A stretch of DNA of 14,917 bases from Atribacterota bacterium. Its GTDB lineage: Bacteria; Atribacterota; Phoenicimicrobiia; Phoenicimicrobiales; Phoenicimicrobiaceae. This document shows, in pieces, positions 1-7,623 of this stretch. The notes under the pieces were generated by a model, which made no database searches, was not told the origin of the DNA, and was given only the letters and a program-made list of their open reading frames with translations. Location: NCBI GenBank assembly GCA_038203565.1, contig JBBRDV010000032.1:1-14917 (forward strand), written 5' to 3'. Each line of letters opens with the position of its first letter. Position 1 is the first letter of the stretch. The position numbers were made by a program, and so were the translations under genes.

Positions 1-1
1 A

Positions 2-292
2 AGAGATATAATGCTGAATGCTTTAGATAAATATTTTCCACAAGAGGTTACCTGGACTAAACCGCAAGGTGGATTTTTTGTAATGGCTACTTTGCCTGAA
101 TACATAGATACCGGAGAAATGTTTAAAGAAGCAATTGAAGAAAATGTAGCCTATGTACCTGGTGGTCCATTTTTTGCTGATGGGAAAGGAAAAAATACGA
201 TGAGACTTTCTTTTTGTTATCCAAGTATGGAAGATATTGAAGAAGGCATTAAGAGATTAGGCCAAGTAATTAAGAAGAAAATAAAAAATTAA
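2..292 (+). CDS. PLP-dependent class I/II aminotransferase (LysN/MocR-like), C-terminal part; 5' end outside window
   Basis: The frame is open from base 2 (RDIMLNAL...). The motifs PQGGFFV, VAYVPGGPFF and NTMRLSF are typical of the C-terminus of LysN/AroT/MocR-type aminotransferase domains. An N-terminal GntR HTH (MocR regulator) cannot be excluded. Confidence 0.8.
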   Translation, partial: RDIMLNALDKYFPQEVTWTKPQGGFFVMATLPEYIDTGEMFKEAIEENVAYVPGGPFFADGKGKNTMRLSFCYPSMEDIEEGIKRLGQVIKKKIKN

Positions 293-323
293 GAATCCAG
301 AATTAAGGAGCCAGAACCAGAAT
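290..323. repeat. Degenerate heptamer tandem repeat (CCAGAAT-like)
   Basis: Units are taagaat-ccagaat-taaggag-ccagaa-ccagaat, with CCAGAA at 297, 311 and 317. Confidence 0.55.
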
Positions 324-329
324 ATAAAA

Positions 330-352
330 TAGCGTTTAGCGTATATAGTGTA
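330..352. repeat. Degenerate heptamer tandem repeat (TAGCGTW)
   Basis: Units are tagcgtt-tagcgta-(ta)-tagtgta, running into the REP doublet. Confidence 0.45.
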
Positions 353-409
353 GGGGCTCGATTCATCGAGCCCGCAGGGAATCGGGTCGAATAAATTCGA
401 CCCCTACAC
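348..409. repeat. Inverted pair of GTAG-type REP palindromes (REPIN-like non-autonomous element)
   Basis: + strand 350-373 reads GTAG-GGGCTCGAT-TC-ATCGAGCCC. - strand 407-384 reads GTAG-GGGTCGAAT-TT-ATTCGACCC. The two are 10 nt apart, and the outer ends GTGTAGGGG (348-356) and CCCCTACAC (401-409) are perfectly inverted. Confidence 0.85.
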
Positions 410-437
410 AAGAAACGATATATAATTGTTAAACTCA

Positions 438-485
438 GGAATTGGCATGGTAGCTAATTGGAGAATTGGGAAATCGGCTGCTTGG
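438..485. repeat. Degenerate octamer tandem repeat (NNAATTGG)
   Basis: Units are ggaattgg, catggtag, ctaattgg, agaattgg, gaaatcgg and ctgcttgg. T(T/C)GG recurs in 8-nt phase at 442, 458, 466, 474 and 482. Confidence 0.55.
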
Positions 486-516
486 TAAATTTTTAATAAA
501 GAGGTGAACAGTAAAA

Positions 517-1428
517 ATGTTAAGAACTTTTGATGAAGTTTTACACAAGGCTAAAGATTATGGTCCTAAAAAAATGGCAGTAGCTTCTGCTGGAGCAGAA
601 GATGTATTAAAAGCAGTCGAAGCTGCCCGAAAAGAAGGATTAACCGATTCAATTTTAGTCGGCGATAAAAAAGAGATTATTCAGATAGCTGAAAAAATGG
701 GGATCAACCCTGCTAATTATGAAATAATAGATAAACCGGATAAAACAGAAACTGCCCGATGTGCTGTTGAGTTAGTCCGAAATAAAAAGGCATCTATATT
801 AATGAAAGGTATGATGGGAACAGCCAGACTTTTACAGGCTGTTTTAGATAAAGAAATTGGTTTACGCACTAACAGATTGCTCAGCCATGTTTATACCCTG
901 GAGATAAAAAATTATAATCGTTTGCTTACTATGACTGATGGGGCTATGAACATCAGTCCGGATTTAAAACAAAAAGCCCAGATAATCCAGAATGCTATCT
1001 ATTATGCTCATTCAATGGGAATAAAGAAGCCTAAAGTAGCAATTGTTGCAGCTTTAGAATTAGTGAATCCTGATATGCCCGCAACTATCGATGCAGCCTG
1101 TTTAGCTAAAATGAGCGAGAGAGGACAGATTGTTGGCGGAATAGTGGATGGACCATTGGGCTTTGATAATGCTATTTCTAAGGAAGCAGCAGAGCATAAG
1201 GGAATTGAAAGCCCAGTTTCCGGAGAAGTAGATATTGTATTGGTACCAAATATCGAATCAGGAAATATCTTTGCTAAAGGCTTGGTTTATTTGGCCAAAG
1301 CAGTACCAGCAGGATTACTTTTAGGGGCAAAGGCTCCTGTAGTATTAGTTTCTCGCTCAGATAGTGCACAATCAAAATTATATTCTATTGCCTTGGGAGT
1401 ATTAATGAGTGAGATGGGTGAAATTTAA
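517..1428 (+). CDS. ptb: Phosphate butyryltransferase / branched-chain phosphotransacylase
   Basis: 303 aa PTA/PTB family with motifs LMKG, TDGAMNISP, DGPLGFDNA, PNIESGN and VSRSDS. SD GAGGTG at 501-506. Directly upstream of buk. Confidence 0.92.
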   Translation: MLRTFDEVLHKAKDYGPKKMAVASAGAEDVLKAVEAARKEGLTDSILVGDKKEIIQIAEKMGINPANYEIIDKPDKTETARCAVELVRNKKASILMKGMMGTARLLQAVLDKEIGLRTNRLLSHVYTLEIKNYNRLLTMTDGAMNISPDLKQKAQIIQNAIYYAHSMGIKKPKVAIVAALELVNPDMPATIDAACLAKMSERGQIVGGIVDGPLGFDNAISKEAAEHKGIESPVSGEVDIVLVPNIESGNIFAKGLVYLAKAVPAGLLLGAKAPVVLVSRSDSAQSKLYSIALGVLMSEMGEI

Positions 1429-1461
1429 GATAACAGGTTAGTTTTATGAGGTGATTTAAAG

Positions 1462-2535
1462 ATGAGTAAAGATTATAAAATATTGGTGATAAACCCTGGT
1501 TCTACTTCTACCAAAGTAGTGTTGTTTTCTAATGAACAACTATTATTCGAAAAGAAGATTGAGCATAGCAGTAAAGAATTATCAAATTTTAATAAAATTA
1601 TTGACCAATATCATTTTCGACAAGACATTATTTTAAGTTTTTTAAAGGAAAAAGGAATTAATCTTTCCACCCTTAATGCGGTAGTGGGAAGAGGAGGATT
1701 GTTAAAACCTATTGCCAGCGGGACTTATCGAATTAATGAAAAGATGTTAGAAGATCTTCATAGAGGAGTAATGGGTGAACACGCTTCTAATTTAGGAGGA
1801 TTACTTGCATATGGAATTGCTGAAAACTTATCTATTCCTTCATATATAGTCGATCCTGTAGTCATTGACGAGATGAAACCTGTTGCCAGAATTTCCGGAA
1901 TGCCAGAAATTCCTCGAATTAGCATACTTCATGCTTTAAATCAAAAAGCAGTTGCTCGAAAAGCAGCATTAGATTTAGGAAAAAAGTACGAGAAATGTAA
2001 TTTTATTATCGCTCACTTAGGTGGAGGAATTTCAGTAGGAATTCATTGTAAGGGAAAGGTTATTGATGTTAATAATGCTCTTAACGGAGAAGGACCTTTT
2101 ACTCCTGAGAGAAGTGGTGGAGTTCCTGTTGGTGGTCTGGTAGAACTTTGTTTTTCCGGAAAATTTACCAAGGATGAGATGATGAAAAAGATAAAAGGCA
2201 AAGGTGGATTAGTAGCTTATTTAAATACTAATGATGTTAGAGAAGTAGTAAAGATGATCAAGCGTGGAGATAAAAAAGCAAAATTAATATTAGAAGCTAT
2301 GGCTTATCAAGTAGCTAAAGAAATCGGAGCAGGGGCTACAGTATTGAGAGGTCAGATAGATGCCATCATTTTAACCGGGGGGATAGCTTATAATAATGAA
2401 TTTGTTAATATGGTAAGAGATAGAGTGAGTTTTTTATCTTTAGTTATGGTGTATCCCGGTGAAGAGGAGATGCTGTCCTTATGTGAAGGAGCTTTAAGAG
2501 TTTTAAAGGGAGAAGAGGTGGAAAAAATATATTGA
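1462..2535 (+). CDS. buk: Butyrate kinase (branched-chain carboxylate kinase)
   Basis: Acetate/butyrate kinase motifs INPGSTSTK, GRGG, HASNLG, HLGGGISV, PERSG, LTGG and PGEEE. SD GAGGTG. Confidence 0.95.
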   Translation: MSKDYKILVINPGSTSTKVVLFSNEQLLFEKKIEHSSKELSNFNKIIDQYHFRQDIILSFLKEKGINLSTLNAVVGRGGLLKPIASGTYRINEKMLEDLHRGVMGEHASNLGGLLAYGIAENLSIPSYIVDPVVIDEMKPVARISGMPEIPRISILHALNQKAVARKAALDLGKKYEKCNFIIAHLGGGISVGIHCKGKVIDVNNALNGEGPFTPERSGGVPVGGLVELCFSGKFTKDEMMKKIKGKGGLVAYLNTNDVREVVKMIKRGDKKAKLILEAMAYQVAKEIGAGATVLRGQIDAIILTGGIAYNNEFVNMVRDRVSFLSLVMVYPGEEEMLSLCEGALRVLKGEEVEKIY

Positions 2536-3200
2536 GTAAAAGAATAAAGATATTTGTTGGAAGTTTTGGAAGTGGAAAGACAGAAATTGCCATTAATTAT
2601 TCAATATATTGCAGGAAAAGCTACGCTAAAGTTGCTATTGTAGATTTAGATATTGTTAATCCTTATTTTAGAACTCGAGAAGCAAAAGATACTTTAAATT
2701 TTAAAGACATAAAAGTGATCGCTCCTGAAGGTGAGATGGCTTATGCCGATTTACCCCTAATTTCTCCTGAGATAAAAGGTTTAATTCAAAATCCAGATTA
2801 TTGCTTAATTCTTGATGTGGGTGGAGATGATGCAGGAGCAGTGGTTTTGGGTAATTTCAGCTATTTCATCAAAGATTTAGATTATGAAATGCTGCTGGTA
2901 GTAAATTCTTATCGGCCTTTTACTCAAAGTGCACCTCAAATTAAACAGATGGCTCAAGAAATAGAAAATACATCTCGATTAAAAATTAACGGATTAGTGA
3001 GCAATCCGAATTTAAGCAGCCAAACCGATGAAAAAACAATTAAAAAAGGACACATTTTAATAAAACAGGCAGCTCAAAAATTAGAGGTGCCTGTGAAATT
3101 TATCTGTGTAGACGAACGATTTTCTAAAAAAATAAGGCAGGAAAATTTTATAGAACCAATATTTTATATAAAACGGTTTATGCATTTACCGTGGGATTAA
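2532..3200 (+). CDS. Uncharacterised P-loop NTPase (CobQ/MinD/ParA-like SIMIBI fold)
   Basis: N-terminal Walker A GSFGSGKT, followed by DLDIVNPYFR and LDVGGD (Walker B-like). The TTG start overlaps the buk TGA stop (TTGA). Confidence 0.8.
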   Translation: MSKRIKIFVGSFGSGKTEIAINYSIYCRKSYAKVAIVDLDIVNPYFRTREAKDTLNFKDIKVIAPEGEMAYADLPLISPEIKGLIQNPDYCLILDVGGDDAGAVVLGNFSYFIKDLDYEMLLVVNSYRPFTQSAPQIKQMAQEIENTSRLKINGLVSNPNLSSQTDEKTIKKGHILIKQAAQKLEVPVKFICVDERFSKKIRQENFIEPIFYIKRFMHLPWD

Positions 3201-3227
3201 GCTTTAGAAAAGGAGGGAGAAAAGAAT

Positions 3228-3431
3228 ATGGCAAAAATTGTCATTGATGAGGAAAGATGCAAAGGGTGCGAATTATGTATTCCCGCTTGCCCTAAACATA
3301 TTATAGTTATGGCAGAGTATTTTAACAAAAAAGGTTATCATCCTGCCAAACAGATTAAACCGGAAGAATGTACCGGATGTGCTTTTTGTGCAATTACTTG
3401 CCCGGATGTTGCTATTGAAGTGTATAAATAA
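3228..3431 (+). CDS. 2x[4Fe-4S] ferredoxin-like delta subunit of 2-oxoacid:ferredoxin oxidoreductase
   Basis: Two CxxCxxCxxxCP motifs (CKGCELCIPACP, CTGCAFCAITCP). Strong SD AGGAGG. First gene of the oxidoreductase block. Confidence 0.92.
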   Translation: MAKIVIDEERCKGCELCIPACPKHIIVMAEYFNKKGYHPAKQIKPEECTGCAFCAITCPDVAIEVYK

Positions 3432-3484
3432 TATTGATATTTTATATATTTAAAATTTAGTAGTATTTTAAGGAGGATTCGAAT

Positions 3485-4543
3485 ATGGCAGAAAAAATGT
3501 TAATGAAAGGGAATGAAGCTATTGGAGAAGCAGCAATTCGTGCAGGATGCCATTTTTATTTTGGTTATCCGATTACTCCCCAAACTGAATTAACTGCTTA
3601 TATGGCGAAAAAATTATTAAAAATGAAAAATGCTGCTTTTGTGCAAGCTGAAAGCGAATTAGCAGCAATAAGTATGGTTTACGGAGCCGCTGCCACAGGA
3701 GTAAGATCCATGACTTCATCATCGAGCCCGGGAATAAGTTTAATGCAAGAAGGAATTTCTTATATTGTTTGTGCTGAGTTACCGTGCGTAATTGTTAACA
3801 TGCAAAGAGGGGGACCAGGATTAGGGAGTATACAGCCTGGACAAGCTGATTATTTTCAGGCTACCAAAGGAGGAGGGCACGGTGATTATCATTTAATTGT
3901 ACTGGCTCCTTCTTCGGTGCAAGAGTTGTTAGATTTAACCATGGATGCTTTTGATTTAGCTGATAAATATACAAATCCTGCAATGATATTAGGAGATGGG
4001 CTTATAGGACAAATGATGGAAGCTGTAGAGTTTAAGGAAAGAAAAAAGATTGATTTGCCAGATAAAGAAGGATGGATTTTAACCGGGTGCAAAGGAAGAG
4101 AAAAAAATTATATTGTTCCCTTTAATCTTGATCCTTATGAAATGGAAAAATTAAATTTTAAAATTCAAGAGAAATATAATAAATTAAAAGAAAAAGAAGT
4201 TAGATATGAAACAGTTAATTTGGATAATGCTGATTTAATAATAGTTGCTTACGGAATAGTAGCTCGGATTGCAAAAACTGTAATTAGCAACGCTAAAAAA
4301 GAGGGAATTAATATCGGATTAATCAGGCCAATTACTCTATTTCCTTTTCCGGAAAAGATAATTGCTGAGACTTCCGAAAAGATAAATAAGTTTTTAGTTG
4401 TAGAGATGAGCATGGGACAAATGGTGGAAGATGTTAAATTAGCCGTAAATGGTAAGGCGGAAGTTAATTTTTATGGTAGAGTGGGCGGAGTCATACCTGC
4501 GCAAAGTGATATTTTGACTGAAATAAAGAAATATTTAAAATAG
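3485..4543 (+). CDS. vorB: 2-ketoisovalerate (3-methyl-2-oxobutanoate):ferredoxin oxidoreductase, alpha-type subunit
   Basis: Motifs KGNEAIGEAA, GYPITPQ, QAESE, TSSSSPGISL, RGGPGLG and KGGGHGDY characterise the VorB subfamily. SD AAGGAGG. Confidence 0.88.
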   Translation: MAEKMLMKGNEAIGEAAIRAGCHFYFGYPITPQTELTAYMAKKLLKMKNAAFVQAESELAAISMVYGAAATGVRSMTSSSSPGISLMQEGISYIVCAELPCVIVNMQRGGPGLGSIQPGQADYFQATKGGGHGDYHLIVLAPSSVQELLDLTMDAFDLADKYTNPAMILGDGLIGQMMEAVEFKERKKIDLPDKEGWILTGCKGREKNYIVPFNLDPYEMEKLNFKIQEKYNKLKEKEVRYETVNLDNADLIIVAYGIVARIAKTVISNAKKEGINIGLIRPITLFPFPEKIIAETSEKINKFLVVEMSMGQMVEDVKLAVNGKAEVNFYGRVGGVIPAQSDILTEIKKYLK

Positions 4544-4588
4544 ATTAATTACATTCTAGATTATATTACGGAGGTGTGTAATAATATT

Positions 4589-5335
4589 ATGAAGAAAGTT
4601 TTTGAAAGTCCCAAATCTTTAACCAAAGATCCTTTTACTTATTGTCCGGGGTGTCACCATGGTATTGCGCATAGATTAGTGGCTGAAGCTTTAGATGAAT
4701 TTGGGGTAAGAGAAAAAACTATAGGAGTATGTCCGGTAGGTTGCTCCGTATTTGCCTATGTTTTTTTCGATTGTGATATGATTTGTGCAGCACACGGGAG
4801 AGCTCCCGCTGTAGCTACCGGAATAAAAAGAGCAAAACCAGATTCTATTGTATTTACTTATCAAGGAGATGGAGATTTAGCCTCTATTGGTACGGCAGAG
4901 ATAGTGCATACTGCTAATCGTGGTGAGAATATTACGGTTATATTTATAAATAATGCTATCTACGGGATGACCGGTGGACAGATGGCGCCCACTACTTTAG
5001 TGGGACAGGTAACCCAGACCTCTCCTTATGGCAGAGACCCGAAAACTATGGGATATCCTATAAAGGTAGCAGAGATGTTAGCTACTCTAAAAGGAGTTGC
5101 TTATATTTCTCGGGTAGCCTTATCTAAGCCCGCCTACATATTGAAAGCAAAGAAAGCAATAAGAAAAGCTTTTCAATCACAGATAGAGGGGAAAGGTTTT
5201 TCTCTGGTTGAAATTTTGTCTACCTGTCCTACTAACTGGGGCCTAACTCCAATTGAAGCAAATAAGTGGCTAGAAGAAAACATGATTCCTTATTATCCAT
5301 TAGGAGAATTTAAAACTCCTGAGGAGGTGTCTTGA
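4589..5335 (+). CDS. 2-oxoacid:ferredoxin oxidoreductase beta (TPP-binding) subunit, VOR-type
   Basis: Motifs YCPGC, GCS, HGRA, the TPP motif GDGD...INN, and CPTNW. I moved the start from the track's GTG 4574, which lies inside the SD GGAGGTG (4570-4576), to the in-frame ATG 4589. Confidence 0.9.
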   Translation: MKKVFESPKSLTKDPFTYCPGCHHGIAHRLVAEALDEFGVREKTIGVCPVGCSVFAYVFFDCDMICAAHGRAPAVATGIKRAKPDSIVFTYQGDGDLASIGTAEIVHTANRGENITVIFINNAIYGMTGGQMAPTTLVGQVTQTSPYGRDPKTMGYPIKVAEMLATLKGVAYISRVALSKPAYILKAKKAIRKAFQSQIEGKGFSLVEILSTCPTNWGLTPIEANKWLEENMIPYYPLGEFKTPEEVS

Positions 5336-5875
5336 ATGTTAGAGAGGATAATTATTTCAGGATTTGGTGGTCAAGGAGTAATGTTGATGGGCAGATTATT
5401 GGCTTATGCCGGAATGATAGAAGGTAAAAAAGTTGCCTGGATGCCTTCTTATGGACCAGAGATGAGAGGAGGGACAGCCAATTGCACAGTACTTATTTCA
5501 TCTAATGAAATTGGTTCTCCAATTGTATCTCATCCAAAAATATTAATTGCTATGAATCAACCTTCATTAGACAAATTTGAATCGAATGTAAGTGATGATG
5601 GATTAATCATCTTAAATGCTTCATTAATAAAACGTGAAGTAAAAAGGAATGATGTTAAGGTAATAAAGATTCCTGCAGATGATATTGCTGATAAGTTAGG
5701 TAATTCAAGAGCAGCCAATATGGTAGTTTTAGGTGCTTATGTTGAACAATCAGGAATTGTAAAGATGGATACCATATTTAAGGCTTTAGAGAAGGTTTTA
5801 GCTGGACCTAGTAAAAAACTATTAGAATTAAATAAAGAAGCTTTAAAACAAGGGGCAGAATTGGTGGAGGATTAA
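5336..5875 (+). CDS. 2-oxoacid:ferredoxin oxidoreductase gamma subunit
   Basis: Motifs GFGGQG, SYGPEMRGG and NMVVLGA. It abuts the beta-subunit stop (TGA-ATG). Confidence 0.92.
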   Translation: MLERIIISGFGGQGVMLMGRLLAYAGMIEGKKVAWMPSYGPEMRGGTANCTVLISSNEIGSPIVSHPKILIAMNQPSLDKFESNVSDDGLIILNASLIKREVKRNDVKVIKIPADDIADKLGNSRAANMVVLGAYVEQSGIVKMDTIFKALEKVLAGPSKKLLELNKEALKQGAELVED

Positions 5876-5878
5876 TTA

Positions 5879-7015
5879 ATGATTAATGAAAAAAGATTGA
5901 TAGAAAGTTTTATGGAATTAGTTAGGATAGACAGTGTATCCGGAGAAGAGAAGGAAGTTGCAGATTTTTTAGTAAAAAAACTAAAAGATTTAGGATTAGA
6001 GGTTAGGGTTGATCAAGCTGGTGAGAAGGTAAAATCTAATAGTGGTAATATAATAGCCCGTTTAAGGGGAAATATTAAGAAAGCTACTCCTATTATGTTT
6101 TCCGCTCATATGGATACAGTTGTTCCAGGGAAAAAGATTAATCCTCTTGTGAAGGAAGAAAAGATAGTAAGCAGCGGAAAAACAATTTTAGGAGCAGATG
6201 ATAAAGCGGCAATTGCTGCTTTATTAGAGGCACTACGTATTATTAAAGAGAATAATATTCCCTGTGGTGATATAGAGATTGTATTTTCCATTTGTGAAGA
6301 AATAGGCTTAAAAGGTGCAAAAAATTTAGATATTTTCAGTTTAAATGCCCAAATGGGATTTGTTTTAGATGCCGGAGGCCAGGTAGGAAAAATTATTACT
6401 ACAGCACCCTCTCAGAACTCTCTGCAAATTATTATTTATGGAAAATCTGCTCATGCTGGTTCAAATCCCGAAGAAGGGATTAATGCTATTCAGGTAGCCG
6501 GATTTGCTCTTTCCCGGATGAAGTTAGGTAGAATAGATGAAGAAACCACAGCTAATATTGGGATTATTTCCGGTGGCAAAGCTACAAATATTGTCCCTGA
6601 TAAGGTAACATTAAAAGGGGAAGTTAGAAGTAGAAACGAAGAAAAATTAGAAAAATATACTGAGCGATTGAAAAAGATTACCGAAGATACTGCTCGGGAA
6701 TTTAAAGCAAAAGCAGAGGTAAAGATTAACAGGGAGTACTATTGCTACAATTTATCCCCTGGTGATCAAGTAGTTAAAATATCAATGAAAGCAGCAAAAG
6801 ATATGGGATTACAACCAGAATTATGTCCCAGCGGAGGGGGGAGCGATGCTAATGTATTTAATAAGAAAAGTTTCCCCTCAGTTGTTTTAGCTATAGGGAT
6901 GGAGAAGGTTCATACAGTTGATGAATATATTCTTGTTAAAAATTTAAAAAAGACAGTAGAATATGTTTTATCTATTATAAATACCGTAACCTCTGGAGAA
7001 AACTTAAATGAATAA
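5879..7015 (+). CDS. M20/M25/M40 metallopeptidase, peptidase T-like (YqjE type)
   Basis: Metal-binding and catalytic motifs SAHMDTV, GADDKA, EEIG, GGGSDAN and HTVDE. Confidence 0.88.
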   Translation: MINEKRLIESFMELVRIDSVSGEEKEVADFLVKKLKDLGLEVRVDQAGEKVKSNSGNIIARLRGNIKKATPIMFSAHMDTVVPGKKINPLVKEEKIVSSGKTILGADDKAAIAALLEALRIIKENNIPCGDIEIVFSICEEIGLKGAKNLDIFSLNAQMGFVLDAGGQVGKIITTAPSQNSLQIIIYGKSAHAGSNPEEGINAIQVAGFALSRMKLGRIDEETTANIGIISGGKATNIVPDKVTLKGEVRSRNEEKLEKYTERLKKITEDTAREFKAKAEVKINREYYCYNLSPGDQVVKISMKAAKDMGLQPELCPSGGGSDANVFNKKSFPSVVLAIGMEKVHTVDEYILVKNLKKTVEYVLSIINTVTSGENLNE

Positions 7016-7562
7016 AGAAGATTCTTTAGAAAAACAAATTTTATCTTCCATCTATATTTATAAGGGGAAAATTATTAAACTTCGTCAGGATAAAGTAAAA
7101 CTACCTGATGGCAGGGAGACTGTCAGAGAAATAGTTGAACATCCTGGAGCTGTAGTTATATTAGCTTTGACTGATGATAGAAAGGTAGTAATGATTAGAC
7201 AGTTTAGAGAACCGGCAAATGAAGTTTTATGGGAACTGCCAGCAGGGACAGTGGAAGAGGGAGAAGATTTAGTTAGATGCGCCAAAAGAGAATTGGAAGA
7301 GGAAACCGGTTATTATCCCCGAAAGATTAAAAAATTAATATCTTTTTTCTCTACTCCAGGTTTTTGTAATGAAAGACTTACACTATTTTTAGCGGAAGAT
7401 TTAGAGGAAAGAAACAAGAATGAAGATGCTGATGAATTTATTCAAGTTAAAAATTTAAAAATATCTGAAGTTTTAAAAATGATAAAGGGAAATGTTATCA
7501 AAGATGCCAAGACGATTATTGGAGTATTATACTTAGTATCAAGTATCGAGTTTACAGTATGA
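7008..7562 (+). CDS. nudF: Nudix hydrolase, ADP-ribose pyrophosphatase type
   Basis: Nudix box GTVEEGEDLVRCAKRELEEETG plus REIVEHPGAV, RQFR, ELPAG, STPGF and DAKT. Overlaps the peptidase stop by 8 nt. Confidence 0.85.
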   Translation: MNKEDSLEKQILSSIYIYKGKIIKLRQDKVKLPDGRETVREIVEHPGAVVILALTDDRKVVMIRQFREPANEVLWELPAGTVEEGEDLVRCAKRELEEETGYYPRKIKKLISFFSTPGFCNERLTLFLAEDLEERNKNEDADEFIQVKNLKISEVLKMIKGNVIKDAKTIIGVLYLVSSIEFTV

Positions 7563-7623
7563 TTGTAACCCAAAAAGTACACAAAATAATAAACACAATA
7601 GGAATGAGGTTATATTTAAAAAT

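Noticed and set aside
348..409. REP doublet read as a CRISPR remnant, riboswitch/T-box or simple terminator
   Set aside because: The units are inverted rather than direct, with only a 10-nt gap. No T-box or riboswitch consensus is recognisable, and no U-tract follows either hairpin.
3889..4092. 67-aa minus-strand ORF
   Set aside because: Antisense shadow within vorB with no recognisable motif.
4574..4588. GTG start and MCNNI extension of the beta subunit
   Set aside because: The GTG lies inside the SD sequence GGAGGTG, so ATG 4589 is the more plausible start.
6106..6291. 61-aa minus-strand ORF
   Set aside because: Antisense shadow of the M20 peptidase.
7085..7285. 66-aa minus-strand ORF
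   Set aside because: Ser-rich antisense shadow of nudF.
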